NCBI GenBank assembly: GCA_002633005.1
Contig: NMRA01000166.1
Span: 186,001-250,000, forward strand
Reading direction: 5' to 3'
DNA: 64,000 bases
Source of the DNA: Phoronis australis
Lineage: Eukaryota > Animalia > Phoronida
Within the stretch, counting starts at the first letter, position 1. The number at the start of each line of letters is the position of its first letter. The position numbers and the translations under genes were made by a program. A model generated the notes under the pieces. That model was given only the letters and a program-made list of their open reading frames with translations. It did no database searches and had not been told where the DNA came from. Positions 24,201-37,200 of the stretch are shown here, piece by piece.

Positions 24201-25642
24201 TTCCACATTGAATATTCACTTCGTATTAAATAACTTTTTAATTTTGACTTGTACATTTATCTGAATATGTGGTACATATGCACGACTTCATTTGCAGCAG
24301 AATAGTGTGGAATAGTGCTCAAACAATGAAAACAAACTGGGTAGTCTTTCTGGTTTTATTAAAGAAAATTCAGTCAGCAAAATGGCTAAGTTGTGAAAAG
24401 TCATCAAGGTCCTGTGCCAAGTTCTCTCCTTGTTATCTTAACTTGTTTAAAAGTACACAATTTTTCTTGTCAGATTTTAGTTGTTTGTTCATATCACATG
24501 ACTTGGTAAAGAAGCATGACTGGATGAAAAGAAAATGTGACTTCTTTGGAACTTGACATATGACCATAGCATTTATACCAGTATCAATAATAAAAATTTG
24601 GCATAAAACAATTTGCCAAGACAACACAGATTTTTAGAACACTAAAACTGTTAATTTGTATAATCTACCTTAGTTCAACAAATGTCAAAGCATTGGAAAT
24701 TTACAATAGTTTTGTCTAAACCTAGGGAAGATTAAATACAATGTACTCAGCTACACAAACACTAGAAACGTAAGCGGAGTGTTACTTTCCGAACAAAGCA
24801 TTTAAAGCGCCTAAAAATGTGCAACACATAACGAGTGCAACCACAGTGGAAGTTTTTAACTGTTGCATGATTGCAGTAGAGGTATCTAATAGCAACGACC
24901 AGATTAGAAGTAGACTTGGTAAACAATTATGACAAAATCTTAAAACTTTTGTTCAGTGTTACTAGACCCCAAGCCCCCTGGCCTTTTGTTGATAATTGCC
25001 CACAAAGTGAATAACGCCTTGTATCCACCCTGGCCATCAATGGATGAAACTAAATATAGTTCAGCTGAGTGTTAGGGAAGTTGTACAATCGCGGTAGATA
25101 ATTGGATGGAGCAATTGAAAAGATATGGTGATAGGGAACTACAAAAAAATGGACCAAGATCTTGTAGGATTTTCAATACTGCTGCCATTTGGAGTGGCCA
25201 CTTAACAAGAAAAAATTATGTCACCAATTTCTGACAAGAAATACTTGCGCTTTTTCCTTTTTAAAAACTTTAACTGTGAATTGCCACAATTTCTTCAAAA
25301 GAATTTCTGATGAAAGTTATGGAACAGAACTTGAAAATAGTAAAGCATTATGTTGATGCTACTAATTGTTTGTGAAACAATGAAGAAATAAAATTCCATT
25401 TCTCTGCCCTATTGAGTCCCAAATTAGTGAAAGTTTACCACACGTTCCACGCACATATTAGAAACCGACATTGTAAATGCCACATATTCTGTCTAAAATT
25501 AAAAGATTGCATGTTTTAAAAAAGTCATTAAATACCCAATCTCACCAGTAAACAACACAGCACCATTAAAGAAGGAAAGCATTGAGCCCTAGCTCAAACA
25601 ATGACTTCTCTAAACACTGAAAGGCACAAAAGGAATTAGTTT

Positions 25643-25883
25643 TCACGCGGATAATGACGTCACAGCCAGAGGTCGACTTATGCTTGTCACAAGAGGAGCT
25701 TCATTGTCCGGTCCAAACGGTGTATGACCTAGATTGATGATAGCCTCCGTGGGCTGAGCGAACCGCTTTTTCTTTGATATTTGCAGTTCCTCGTCGAAGA
25801 CTTTCGCCATGAGATCTTGTGGAACCTGAGCCCATTCATTCAAATTGAAATTTACCTTGTTGACGAGCCCTGTCATTTTGCCT
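25643..25883 (-). CDS. FAM228B: FAM228 family protein, last coding exon
   Basis: Acceptor tttacag, phase 2 consistent with the previous exon, open to TGA at 25645-25643. Confidence 0.75.
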
Positions 25884-26717
25884 CTGTAAAAAGTCAAAGT
25901 ACATATAATCAATTTGTGCTTCTTATGATAATTCCTGTGATATTTACAAAAATTAAGTGAAAATAAATATTCTTGAATTGTTAATGAACTAAGTAACAAT
26001 TCCTAGCCTGTGGGCCCTGCAACAATGTAGGTCAATATTTGACTTCCAAGTCCGTCAATCGCTTATAATTGTCGAAACGGTCGTAAAAATGTATTTCATT
26101 TCTCCCCATATAATACAGATTTTTATATCACTAAAACTTAACTTGAATAATCTACCCAGGTAACAAATTAGATCTTCAGACCAATCATTTAAAAACCATT
26201 AATCTGAAGTACTAATTTTGTTGTAACAGTCATCCCTGTAATCAGCTGATGACGTCTGCTTCATCCTGAGGGATTGGTGAAAAAATTGTCTAGTGGAGAA
26301 TCGATGAGGATGGGTGGAGTGTTCAAGGGCAAACGGCCAGGCTGGCTTTAAGTAGGCCGTATGAATTTACTATGAATTGGATGCAAATGCAATGAATTCA
26401 GATGAAATAAATCAATTGAAAACTTGTATTCACAACAAACTAAATTTTACCATTTTTGCAGTACTTATAGTAGTGAATTGAAGTATCAATTAATTCATTC
26501 ATTAAAAACATATACTGCAAAAAATTGTTTGATTTTAAAGGGTGTTTAACTGTACCAGTTGTTTCTAATTTTACAAAATTATACTATAGGCCAATCAGAA
26601 TTCAATGCTTGCTTTTGCACCCACTTTCTGAGCAAGCATGATACATTCTAGTTTGAAATGTATTTATTTACCCTGACTTGTCTATTGAAAGTTAATGCAT
26701 ATTTGTTCATAACTCAC

Positions 26718-26959
26718 CTTGCATGCTGTCGATCCACACCTTCGATGTCTGTGAGTGCCATTCGTATCCATGAGTTACTATCTGTCCCGTGTCGTCCTAG
26801 GGGAACCAACGGTAAGGGAGGAAGGTTGATTTGTTCAATGTCCTTGTTCGTATACCGTATTCCTGACGTACATCTTAAAACAACACGTTCTTCATCGCAA
26901 TGTTTCTCTCTTTGTAGAATTGTGGGGTCTTTTAGCTTTTTGCTTTCAGCTTGTAAACC
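26718..26959 (-). CDS. FAM228B: FAM228 family protein exon
   Basis: LKDPTILQREKHCDEERVVLRCTSGIRYT...NSWIRMALTDIEG resembles recalled human FAM228B [28 protein letters not shown]...NEWLKLPTRYIES; donor ag|gtgagt. Confidence 0.85.
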
Positions 26960-27392
26960 CTGAAATTCAGCCAGAAATACTGATTCTGAAAAAGGCTGAG
27001 GAAATTGGCATAACTGAGGCACTCAGTCACTGACAGAAGTGCGACATCTATTGGGAATTCATCAAGTACAAAAAATCAGAATTAATTATCAAGGAAAAAT
27101 AATACGCAGCAGATCATTAATCTCCATATATTTGTTTGCGTAAAGGCACGTTAAACTCATGGTGCTGAGAAACAAAATTAATTTATGATGGTGAAATGTG
27201 CTGTACTTGTTGCGACTGTATAAAGTAATCTGAAGGCTAGGTTAAGTCTACTAGCTCCCATGTAATTGTACAAAGGGTTTGAGAATCTTAAGGGTCTATC
27301 AATCAGCATACATCCAAAACAAAGGAAAAATATTCAACGCCTCCTATTGTGTGAAAAAAAATCAAATTGCGTGTTGAGTTAAATCTGCATAC

Positions 27393-27473
27393 CTTGAGCA
27401 AAGCAGGCCTTGTTCCATGCAGACCACCTGAATAATACTCATTTGGAGAGTAAGTATTTAAGAAAGCGTGACC
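27393..27473 (-). CDS. FAM228B: FAM228 family protein exon
   Basis: GHAFLNTYSPNEYYSGGLHGTRPALLK vs recalled GNAFIEHYDPKEYDPF...PNFLK; phase 0-0 with ttacag / gtatgc sites. Confidence 0.85.
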
Positions 27474-28042
27474 CTGTAACAAAATATAAAGTATAAGATT
27501 CATTCACATCAACGGTACTTCGTATCAAGAAGACTGCAGAATACCGACATTCAGCAGACAGAATAACAAGTACTCATTCAATTGAATGTGATGCAAGATA
27601 TTACCAGTCGCTTATGTGTTTTCAATTAAAGGTGACGGCTTAGCTAGATCAAACAATTTTTAGTGAGATAAAAGAGATAAAGGTGCTAAATAAGAATATG
27701 TGTTGTACAGTAAATAATATAGTGTGGCAGACAAGATGAGTTAATGATACACCAAAGTTATGCTTCACCACTTTCAAGCTTTGTACTTTATAGCTCATGT
27801 AAAATTAGAAAATATTCTGAAAAGTTCTTGGCATTCATTAGAATTAAGACAATTCTGGTAATAACATTTGTGCAGGCAATTACACCTGCACCCAAATGGT
27901 GAGGTCTCACCAAGTACCAAGTGACATACATGTAGTATTATGGTATTCAGTACTCTCACACACAGTATGCACGTATCCATTAGTGATATACATGTAGTAC
28001 GTATTATGGTATTCAGTACTCAGACACACAGTATGCACGTAC

Positions 28043-28240
28043 CCGTTTGTTTGTGTACTCCAGGTACTCTCTGTACAATTCACGTTTTCTCCTTTGTAGT
28101 TCCTTGTAGTTTGGACCGTCCATTTCTTTAATGATCTCCCGCCTAACTGGCTCATATACTTCATCCGACCACCGTTTATGTAATATGTCTTTTTTCCGTT
28201 TGTCTAAAAACCCCTTACATTTTACATAGTCGTCTAAACC
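28043..28240 (-). CDS. FAM228B: FAM228 family protein exon
   Basis: GLDDYVKCKGFLDKRKKDILHKRWSDEVYEPVRREIIKEM...YLEYTNKR vs recalled [37 protein letters not shown]; 198 nt, phase 0-0. Confidence 0.88.
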
Positions 28241-28499
28241 CTAAAAAGAAACATAATTCAATTTAAAATCAAAAGTGCTTATTGATAATACCTCATACTC
28301 TTCATTCATTTTAAAAAAGTATACTGTTTTTAAAACAATTTTACTTGATTGTAAGTATATTAGGATAGTGTTGCATTTTTTAAATCAGTCTGTCAAAAGT
28401 CCACATTGGCTCGGATTGTTGTAAGATGATAGGAATAGATCGTCACATGTTTTCGATACATTTTTTTCTAGTGATAAAATGGCATGTTGAAAACGGCCG

Positions 28500-28610
28500 T
28501 GTAAATTTCACATACCTACACATCACGTGCAAAGTGTGTAAATTGGACAAATCTACACATCACGTGCAAAGTGTGTAAATTTTACATATCTACACATCAT
28601 GTGCAAAGTA
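28500..28610 (+). repeat. ~38-bp tandem repeat, 3 copies
   Basis: gtaaatt...ctacacatcacgtgcaaagtgt repeated. Confidence 0.8.
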
Positions 28611-29027
28611 CATCATTAGTTCATCATATTCATGCCACGAACATGATTTTCAAAATACTTTTCATACTGTTTGTCTTACTCATGTGAGCACACTTCATGC
28701 TAAATGAGGTATGACTAATAACAATCACACAATATACAAGCACAACTTAATTAATGTGTTTAATCAATAGATATTGTCCATGACTTCGGTAATATTTACC
28801 AATCATGTCTATTGATTGTTTATTGATGGAAAACTCCTGCACTTCTACCAGCCATCACTCGTGTATTGAAAGTTACTCCTGTTGAAATCTGTGATAGTGA
28901 ACATTTTACAATCATAAAATTCACTTCAAAGTGAAGGAATGGATTTTGATGAGGTTAAATGCGTTGTCTCCCAAACTGCATATTTTACCAATATTACCAG
29001 TGATAATGTTTATTGAAAAGATCCATT

Positions 29028-29191
29028 TACAGTCAATGGCAAGCTGATGGCATGGTGGTATCAACCATACAGTCAATGGCAGGCTGATGGCATGGTAGTA
29101 TCAACCATACAGTCAATGGCAGGCTGCCGATGGCATGGTGGTATCAACCATACAGTCAATGGTAGGTTGATGGCATGGTGGTATTAACCAT
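29028..29191 (+). repeat. ~40-bp minisatellite, 4 copies
   Basis: Unit acagtcaatggcaggctgatggcatggtggtatcaaccat. Confidence 0.9.
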
Positions 29192-29401
29192 TTTGTATTT
29201 ATCATTAGCATCAACATCAACAATTTAATAATTGTTTTCTGATTGTTCTATTGCACCATTGTCAAATAAAACCCAACTCAAGGTTGTAAGGATAAGAATC
29301 CAAATGATTGAACAGCATTTAAGTAGAACACTTTGACCACTCAACTGTTAAAAATATGTCAAATATTCCATATCAATGGTTACTAATGTGAGTAAACTAA
29401 C

Positions 29402-29479
29402 CTTGACAAATGTATTCTCTGTATCCAGTACTGAAGTGTATTGCCTTTTCATCTTCCTCGCCTGGGCATCAGTTTTTTC
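29402..29479 (-). CDS. FAM228B: FAM228 family protein exon
   Basis: EKTDAQARKMKRQYTSVLDTENTFVK (cf. SILYKENSVIK); ttatag acceptor, aag|gttagt donor, phase 0-0. Confidence 0.8.
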
Positions 29480-30379
29480 CTATAAGAACATTAAGCACCC
29501 CATTAATAACTAACTTAACAAGCCTAAAAATAAGTACACTAATGCTGATGAAACTTCGTGAAAGGTGGAATTAATGAAAGTGAAAGATAGGGAAAGAGTA
29601 AAACCAGAGGGTTTCAAGTGTAGAGTGGATAGCATACTAAGCAGATCAGCTGACGAAAGTATGCAGCAATAACGAATCAGAAAGTGAGCAACGTTACCCA
29701 AAAATCAGTAGGAAAGCTACATGTCAGTCCAGTTAATCCATCTCTTTGCATCTTCTTTTTCAATTTTCCTTCGAGTTTCTGCAGAAATTTTAGAATAGTT
29801 ATGCCTTGACTAACACAACGTTGCAGACAGCAATCGTCTGCAGTTCACACTAGTCACTGAGAGAAACAATGAGTGGGAATAAAAAGTTATTGAGAACTGG
29901 ATCAATAGAATACATAGTTACTGCAAACTGTGTCTGTTACTAATAACATAATGATCAGTGAAACTAATCAATTTCTTGTATAGACCAACACCAGGAAGTC
30001 AATTGACCAAGATGCACATGTGTTAATAGAAATTCCGTAACTAGATGTTTAAATAAATATGAACTCTTAAATAGTATGAATTCTAAACATTGAAATTTAC
30101 ATCTTCAAAGAGTTTCATCAGGAGGGTGAATTTTACAAAAGTAAATAAATGATAGGCAGTCAATTACAATTAACTGAGGAAATCTGCATGAAAGTACTGT
30201 TGAATGTATTTTGCTAATTCATTATACAAAGCTTAGTAAACTGAAAAAAATAACTAAAAGGTAGTGTTCTGTTGCAGACAATGGTATCAGAAATATTTTG
30301 TTTTCTTTTTATTAAGACCAGTTATTAGAAAATAAATACACTTACAGGCACTTATAATTTTAGTGAGTTAAGATTACTT

Positions 30380-30717
30380 CAGTGGCAGATCTAGGATATC
30401 ATCAGGGGGGCCCAACATTTTGTCTCGGGGCAATCGCACAAAGCACGATTTCATGCGTGCACCCAGCCTAAAAGATAGGGGGGCTCAAATTTCCAAGGAT
30501 GGGGACGTACTATTAAAAAACAAATGGAAGAATAAAAAATAATAAAAAAATAATACGACTGGGCCAGCGGTCTGTATGAGACACTTGCAATCGGGTCTCA
30601 GCCCCCCACCTGATAACTGGGATTAATTATTATCTCAATATTTCCTCATGCTCTTGCTGTTTTATTTTTTGCAGCAGCCAAGGGGAGCCCTGCCCCCCCC
30701 ACCCAAATTCGCTTATG
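30380..30717. mobile_element. MITE with 5-bp TSD, same family as 56193-57187 in the opposite orientation
   Basis: Termini cagtggcagatctaggatatc / ccaaattcgcttatg, TACTT at 30375-30379 and 30718-30722. Confidence 0.75.
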
Positions 30718-31371
30718 TACTTACACAAACTTCCCAAATATTTTGAAAGTAATACAATATTTTCAAACACCAAACAAAAAAGAACAGAGTCTGTTAAGGG
30801 AAGCCTGAAGTTGTGTGCAGAGGTAAAATTTAATACAAAAAACAAACAAATCTTCAGTTTAGTAAATATAGCCTTTTAAAAGATAAAAGCCCACTACAAA
30901 TATAAGTGCCTTCTCCAACCTGAAACGGTATCTACCGATAACAATGTGCAACACTATGAAATAAATTGAAAAGCGGGAACATTTTGCTGATCAAATAAAT
31001 CCACAACGAGAGCACACATGCTCATTGAGCTTAAGTAATACTTGAGGACCAGTAGTCTGCGAACACACAGTAACCTAAACTATGATACTGGACAAAAACA
31101 ACAACTAAATTATAAAATTGTGCAAATCCCTTTATCAATTCTTCAACTTAAAAGCAGCATGCCTTGCAAAAAAAACAAAGTTCTTGAAGATATTTTGCTA
31201 GGCTGTTCTCAACAACAACACAGCACATCTATACACACATGCACAAAATATGATTGTGAATTGATAAACAAAGTTAGAAATCGGGAAATGATACTTTTCA
31301 ATCTTACATAGCATCAAGGAGATCAGCTGTGTAATGCGAAAATACAAAGAATTTGAATACAAATTTACGTN

Positions 31372-31442
31372 AAAAAAGGCACTTTATCATTCTTGACAGT
31401 CACGCATCCGCCATCAACCTTGTTACACAGCATCGAAGTCAT
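31372..31442 (-). CDS. FAM228B: Truncated duplicate of the putative FAM228 first coding exon
   Basis: Matches 39426-39496 (MTSMLCNKVDGGCVTVKNDKVPF) but cut at the 'n' before the splice donor. Confidence 0.45.
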
Positions 31443-32220
31443 ATTTCTCTTCACACCGGCAACTGTAAACAGTCACGGCTTCCTCCTCTTTGACAACTTT
31501 CTTTGTTGACCTGAACGTTATTGCAAGAAAATTTATCCAAATGAAGTGAAACAGTTCCGATTAAAATAGTAAACGAACGTGTATCACCTAATGGTCATAG
31601 TTTCATGAAGCAGTTAAAGTAATCCACAAGTCTCTAATTTATCCGAAATCGATCACAGTCGCACGTTTAACCCTATACTGAAGCACCCCATTCACAGGTT
31701 TATTTTGCGGCTTCAGAGCCTAGCAACACCTATTTCCGGTAGGTCAACTCGCGGCTGTCGTTAAGCAAAGTGTGTTTCGAACGATTATTCACGCTATTTA
31801 ATCTATATAAAACTCTATGTTGGAGGAATTGAAGACTTCACTGAATCAAATTAAAAGTCTTGTATGATCTTATACAATATAGACATTGCTGAAAATTCAA
31901 CTGCGCTCTCAAGAGCTGGCACCCCTCATGTTTGTCTGTATTTCCATTGGTGATGTCCAAATGGACTCGTCCCTTTTCATTTGTTTCCGCTCGCAAGTGA
32001 AAGTCGGAAACACTTGGCTGTTGACCCCAAACAAATCGATGGGCAAGTTGTTATCTTTGCGAAAGAATTGAGATAAAATCGTCTTTTATCCCTCGAAGCA
32101 ATGCTTTCAACGCATAAGCAGGTAACGTCCATTTACAGCCTATAAAGTGAAATAAAAATAAAGTTTTTAAAATAGAAAAACGCGGTCATAGGGTCCGTCC
32201 TGTCTCTGGCTCAGTAGACA

Positions 32221-32710
32221 GTGAAGCTCCGCTAGGAAGCTTTTTGGCGAATTATGCCTCACACTGATTAAGAAAATCAGTCACATTGTTAGTACCTTTT
32301 GTGCATAAAGGGACACCTCTGGAGGCCGTCGGTGTCTTTAATTCCTTCCAACTCAAACAATACTCCTGTTATCAAACTTCATCGAGCAGTCCTTCAATTC
32401 CCAAAATCGGAAACTGGCCATTTTTAACACTGTGCGCGGCAGGTTGTATGACGTCTTCGTCTTATCCTCTGGCGTGCGCAGTGTAAAAATGGTCAGTTCT
32501 CGATTTTGGGAACTGAATGATGGACTGCTCGAAGAAAAAGTTAATGTTTGATGTACCAAGAGTATTTGTTCGAGTTTAGAAGGAATTAAAGACATCGATG
32601 GCCTAATATGTCCCTCTATGAGCAAAAGGTGTTTATAAAAATGTGACTTTTGATGTTTTAATCAGTGTGAGGCATAATTCGCCGAAAAGCTTCCGTCGTA
32701 TGAAGCTTCT
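32221..32710. mobile_element. ~490-bp foldback (almost wholly palindromic) MITE
   Basis: Arms ggaagctttttggcgaattatgcctcacactgattaa / ttaatcagtgtgaggcataattcgccgaaaagcttcc, plus inner paired blocks tgtctttaattccttc / gaaggaattaaagaca and cccaaaatcg / cgattttggg. Confidence 0.8.
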
Positions 32711-33293
32711 ATAGGGGCCACCTAGAGACAGTGGTCACTGTCTAGGTCCATCCAAGATCCATGCAAGAGTGAAATTGGACAGTTCCACCATCTCAACTGC
32801 CAGTTGAGATGGTTGGAATCCCATAGGCTCAACATGCGCTGGAAGCTTTTCAGTGAATTTGGACTCACACTGATCAAATCATGTTACTAGTGTGACGTGT
32901 GTGCCGTCTATTGACAGAGTCGTGAATTAAGTCGAGTCGTCAGTCAAGACTATGTTTAATTCTAGAAGCTACAGCGGTTTATTATATTTCAAATTGGTGT
33001 CTGTTGGTGAATCCCCTTATTTGGTATTTCTGATAACGAAATTTTTAGTTGCATTTTGATTGTCAGACTAAATATTGATTCAGTAATTAGCACAGATAGA
33101 TCCATTTTAAGTTGCCCAAAATATGTGCATGTGCACTTTTAAATTATGGGGTCAAACTTGTTGACATGTATTTTTAATTTCAAAATCTATTTTTAGATGG
33201 TGTACGTTTACTACTTTGGTTCTGGGGTCAAAGCACTTAAGAGATTCTAGAAATTTCTGAGAGCAAATCGAAACAGCCAATTATGATATGATT

Positions 33294-34214
33294 AGGGAGC
33301 GAAAAGTTGCCGGGGAGGGGGGGGTGCATAAAGAGAAGAATGAAAAGTTCGCTAACTTGAACCACAGTTTCGCATCTAGTGCCAGTTTAGTTGCAATAGC
33401 TGGCTACGGGTATAGAATACAGGGTTTACAGAACATCGACCTCGGGAAACATCTGAACAGGAAAACGTCAGTTCTGGGTTATATCGGTCCCGGGACATCG
33501 GGTCATTTATAACCGCTGGGAATCTGAGTTCATTTTCAAATAAACCAGAGCCAAGCCGGTATACTCTTTCATTTAGGACTGTCGTTTGGCGATTAATAAG
33601 GTTGTCATTTTCACTTTGGTTGTCTTAATACGATAAAAAGGAGAAGCACATCTCAGTCTAAGATTGTCTGCTGGAACCGCTTGCGCGCGGAGGTGCCGCA
33701 GTGCGATATCAGGGATATTGTCGTGGATATTTGGTACATATAATAAGGACATCTTATGTGAAAAATAAACCATTTTTGTCCACCACAAAGTTTGGTAAGT
33801 TGATCGCTTAAGAATTAGTAGAAACACCGTTGTTTTGTGAAGTTTTATCACGTGTTAAGCTGTGGCCCGAAACTTTCTTCGGCGAATCCAGGATTTTACA
33901 AAAGTGGCCGAAAGTGTCAAAGATCGATTCTGCATATCCCATGTTCACGCGACTTGCTTACAAGTCATCGGGAGGGCTGTTCTCGGTTAGTGTTCTTTTG
34001 AACTTGGATTTGGCAACAACCAAATAACGGTCGGATTAACAAGAGCTGCTTTGTATTTGCCAGGTATCTGTTGAGAAGTGTAAAAACTCAGCTCGCATTC
34101 GTTGGAAATTCCAGGTTGCATTTTGCGACTTGATACGAGCTGACAAAAATGTCAGCTCGCATTTCCAAATTTCAGGTCGCAAATGCGACCTGCAGCTCGT
34201 TATGTCGAGCCCTG
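33294..34214. mobile_element. Copy-A-specific transposon-derived segment ending in an hAT-like terminus
   Basis: Absent from the other copy; ends ...gcagctcgttatgtcgagccctg (reverse complement CAGGGCTCGACATAAC); no matching left TIR found. Confidence 0.5.
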
Positions 34215-37200
34215 CATAACAACAAAGAATGATGTTTTAGTAGATTGAGATTGCAGTTATCTAAAGGTTTTGTTTTGGTGTTTAAAGCTACTAAGAGAAA
34301 GGTGGTCTTTGTATTTTCCCACAATGCCAGCTCCCAGTCTGACTATCACAGGAGTGGTTCGCACCTGGCATGTGCAATTAGAACACTCCTGTGTCCTGGA
34401 GTTTCCCTCAGGCCGACCCCCTCTCCAACTGCCTCTAGGACATCCCCTCCACTGGTCGCGGGTCAGATCATAGTAGGATGGCAGTGTTGAAATGCCTTTT
34501 AAAAAAATACTAAGCAGTCTATCTAGGATCGATCTCAGGACCACTGGAATTAGACTGTTTGTTGGTTGTCGTAACCAGTTGGACAAAGAACAATAGCCAA
34601 GCGGGATTAAGAGCTTAGGTTTTTTGTTTTGCCCACAAGGGGTGATTATGGGCATGATTTCAAATAAGTGCCAAATCTGCTTGTGTATATAAGTACTCTC
34701 CCAAGTATAGCCATTTTGTGTTAAAACTGCGTCTTACTCCACCTATTTGGGCATATTTATTTTACCTACAATTTTTCTCACAAATAAGCCCCCCTGCCCT
34801 CCCTTAATTTCAGTCCACTTAGAATCAAAAACTTCTCAACCTAGTGCCCTATCACCAGGTAGGTTAGTACAAAGCTGTTCAGGAAACGGATCCAGACAGC
34901 AAATGCAAATGTGTGATATATGTCTGATACAAGTGCACCCTCATTTTTAAGTTTTCAACTACAAGCTCTTGGGCTTTTACTGGATTTGATTATGTATAAC
35001 CAATTTTCATGGTAATTCAGTTGCTAAAATTAAGTAGCTATAAAGTGACTAAGTAGGCTGCCTGGGCATGTGTATCTTGTCCTACATTAGTACACTTATC
35101 TGATTGTCCTTAATCCCCTTCTGGCCCAGGGGAGAACTGCCAACACCAGAAAGCCTAAGTGTTTTTGTTCCAAATTGTACCTGAGATGGTGAAACAATTG
35201 TGGCAGACCCTTTCTGGACTCTAAACATCATATGGTATCCCACCAGCCTTTCAAGTGATAACTTGTATTGTTTGTTATTCAATGTTGTTCTGTTTATAAA
35301 AAAATCTATCTACTAGGAGAGTGGACTTGAAAAAAAGGACTCCTTTGTAGGGAGCTTCTGTGGAACTTGCATTTTGTAGGGCTCAGTTCCCTTTTGTGGG
35401 TTAATGCTTGTGTTTTTTAACCCATTAAATATTAACACTGACAAGATGAGATGCTATGTTGTTAAAAGTGAGTACCGGTAGATCTCTTGCTATTAAGGTT
35501 TTAAAATTACTAATAAAAACCCTTCTGTTGATTTTAATGGTCAGAAAAAGACCCTTTTGTAGAGTTTTGAACCTCCAAAGTGACCCTTTTTGAAACAACT
35601 TGGGGCCACGTGAGGTCTCCCACCTGAGCATGAGAAGTAAGACAAAATCCACATCTTGTTGCGGATCCCTCCCCTTAGCCAGCCAGCTAGCTGTATGAAG
35701 ACTATCGTCAAAATACAGCTAGGTACCACTGTGTGTTTTTCTTCCATAAACCTGAAATTGCACACAGCCAGGGTAGTTCTGCTCGTCAACTCGTCATGAA
35801 ACCTGTATCAACATGTAGAGCTAAACACTGGACAGGGTGCATGCAAAATCTGGGAATTAAACGACACCCACCTTGCCTGTTACAACCATTTAAGTGGAAA
35901 ACAATCTAATAAATGTCGTTTTCTTGTGTAATCCTCTGCCTTTTCTAACAAAGACAAGTTATGTCATCGTTTTGAAAACAGTATCTTCGTGACACACGCA
36001 CGCGCCATTTCCTAAATTTTTGCAACATCTCTCAGGTGATCGTGATGATAGCTTGGCAGCAGCAAAATATCTGAAAATTGTGTTTTTAGTATCACAATTC
36101 TAAAAAGTTATAATGAAGTGAAACCAGTTCCGATAATTTGTTGTGACGTGTACGCAACCTCGTGAAAGAAGAACAGTTGATTGAAGAATCGGCGAAAAAA
36201 GAAACTGGCCAATTGAGGTGATGCAACATTTCGTGGTGTCGAAAGCCGTCGCTAAAGATCGCTCCACAAATTTAGCAGCAGAATAACGGTAGAACGCCAT
36301 TTTTTCCAACACCGTTAAGTAATTTAGTTTACTCAAGGAAGATTATTGTTTCTAATTACATTAATTTTGTGTTGGATTTTAACTTACCACTTTTTTACCC
36401 ACATCGGCACAAAGCTGTATATTTAGTATACAGCTTTGTACCAAGGCTAGCCTCCCCTAAGAAAATTAGCATTGCATAATGAAACCCATCATTCAGTGTT
36501 GCAAACCCTCCTGCTAATAATGGCTGTGCAATATGAGACTAGCTCCAAGGGAAAGGCGACAGAAATCCATCTTGCTTCTTATCTTGGAAAAATGTCTGTT
36601 CATATGGATTGTGTTACTGTAGCCCACATATCATTTCTGTTAAAGCTGCTTGAACACCAAGTATCATGAACATAAAAGTAACTTTGGTTAACTACACAAC
36701 ACTTGCCCTTGTTTACAATCTATTCCATTCCATTCGTTTGTATCCTCAGAACAAAGTTTGATGTTCAGCAGAATATTGCATAATGAAACATGTGCTACTT
36801 AAGTACAGCTAATAGTAACTTTAATTACAAAATCTACTGCTCATGAGTCATGACACAACCAGTTTTATTATTTCTTATGTTGCCATGCTTGCAGTACATG
36901 AATATGGTGATCTTCGCAGGCCAGCTGAGCTCTGTATGAACCACTTAAATCAGTTTACCGTATATACCTTGTAAAGAACAAGTTTAGAATTCACAAGTCC
37001 GTGTTTTTGACTGTGACGAGGGAACATTTGCTTTTTAGATTTACAGATCAAATTTCATCTCGAGATTTTCTTACCAGGAAAAAATAATTAGAAATTTAAA
37101 ATAAAATTAAAGCCTTCACAAAAACTGGAAGACTTTTCACATTTCAACATGTTTTTGCTCCTTCAAACAACGTCTTACAAATTATATTTGTATAAACATT

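Noticed and set aside
22934-24627. Several 60-130 aa ORFs between CLIC and FAM228
   Set aside because: No domain resemblance or splice support; AT-rich 3' UTR or intergenic sequence.
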